Assembly (NCBI RefSeq): GCF_001194135.2
Contig: NC_068985.1
Coordinates: 53,638,188 to 53,702,187, forward strand
Origin: Octopus bimaculoides
Taxonomy: Eukaryota
Length of the DNA stretch: 64,000 nt
Direction of reading: 5' to 3'
Positions within the stretch are counted from its first letter, which is position 1, and the number at the start of each line of letters is the position of its first letter. The position numbers were made by a program, and so were the translations under genes. Shown piece by piece: positions 63,881-64,000 of the stretch. Below the pieces are notes generated by a model that saw only the letters and a program-made list of their open reading frames with translations, was not told the origin of the DNA and did not search any database.

Positions 63881-64000
63881 ACAGAAAACCTACTTTGTTC
63901 TGTTAAGGGCTTATATGCCCCATTATTAGGCTATTTTCTTTAGTCATTGCGCTGTGATTGCTATAAGCTTTAAGCTTATAAAATACTATTTTTATTATTT

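Overview
This is AT-rich, repeat-dense eukaryotic genomic DNA with N gaps and many microsatellites. The repeat families and gene structure suggest a cephalopod, most likely an Octopus draft scaffold (inference). Four host genes can be reconstructed by hand with GT-AG introns and consistent phases. (1) The last exon of METTL13 (+). (2) Complete two-exon POLR1F/RPA43 (-). (3) Complete three-coding-exon H6PD, the ER-luminal G6PD-like/6PGL fusion, 784 aa (+), head-to-head with POLR1F. (4) Four exons covering the whole catalytic domain of an S1A serine protease (-), with an intact triad but an atypical F|LIGA activation site and Ser189. The rest is transposon-derived: RTE LINEs and their 3'-tail repeats, several tRNA-derived SINEs, an R4/Dong fragment in (TAA)n, a Penelope-like relic, a Chapaev3 element with TIRs and TSD, a Tigger/pogo fossil, and hAT, piggyBac-like, Tigger-like and Merlin-like MITEs. 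The most striking object is a 355-bp element at 41030-41384. It has a tRNA-like Pol III head between two inverted ~96-bp arms, each carrying a minimal hammerhead ribozyme motif, and it is flanked by a 13-bp direct repeat. It looks like a SINE mobilised by Penelope-like retroelements. All homology calls are from recognition of motifs, not database searches, and the boundaries of degenerate repeats are approximate.
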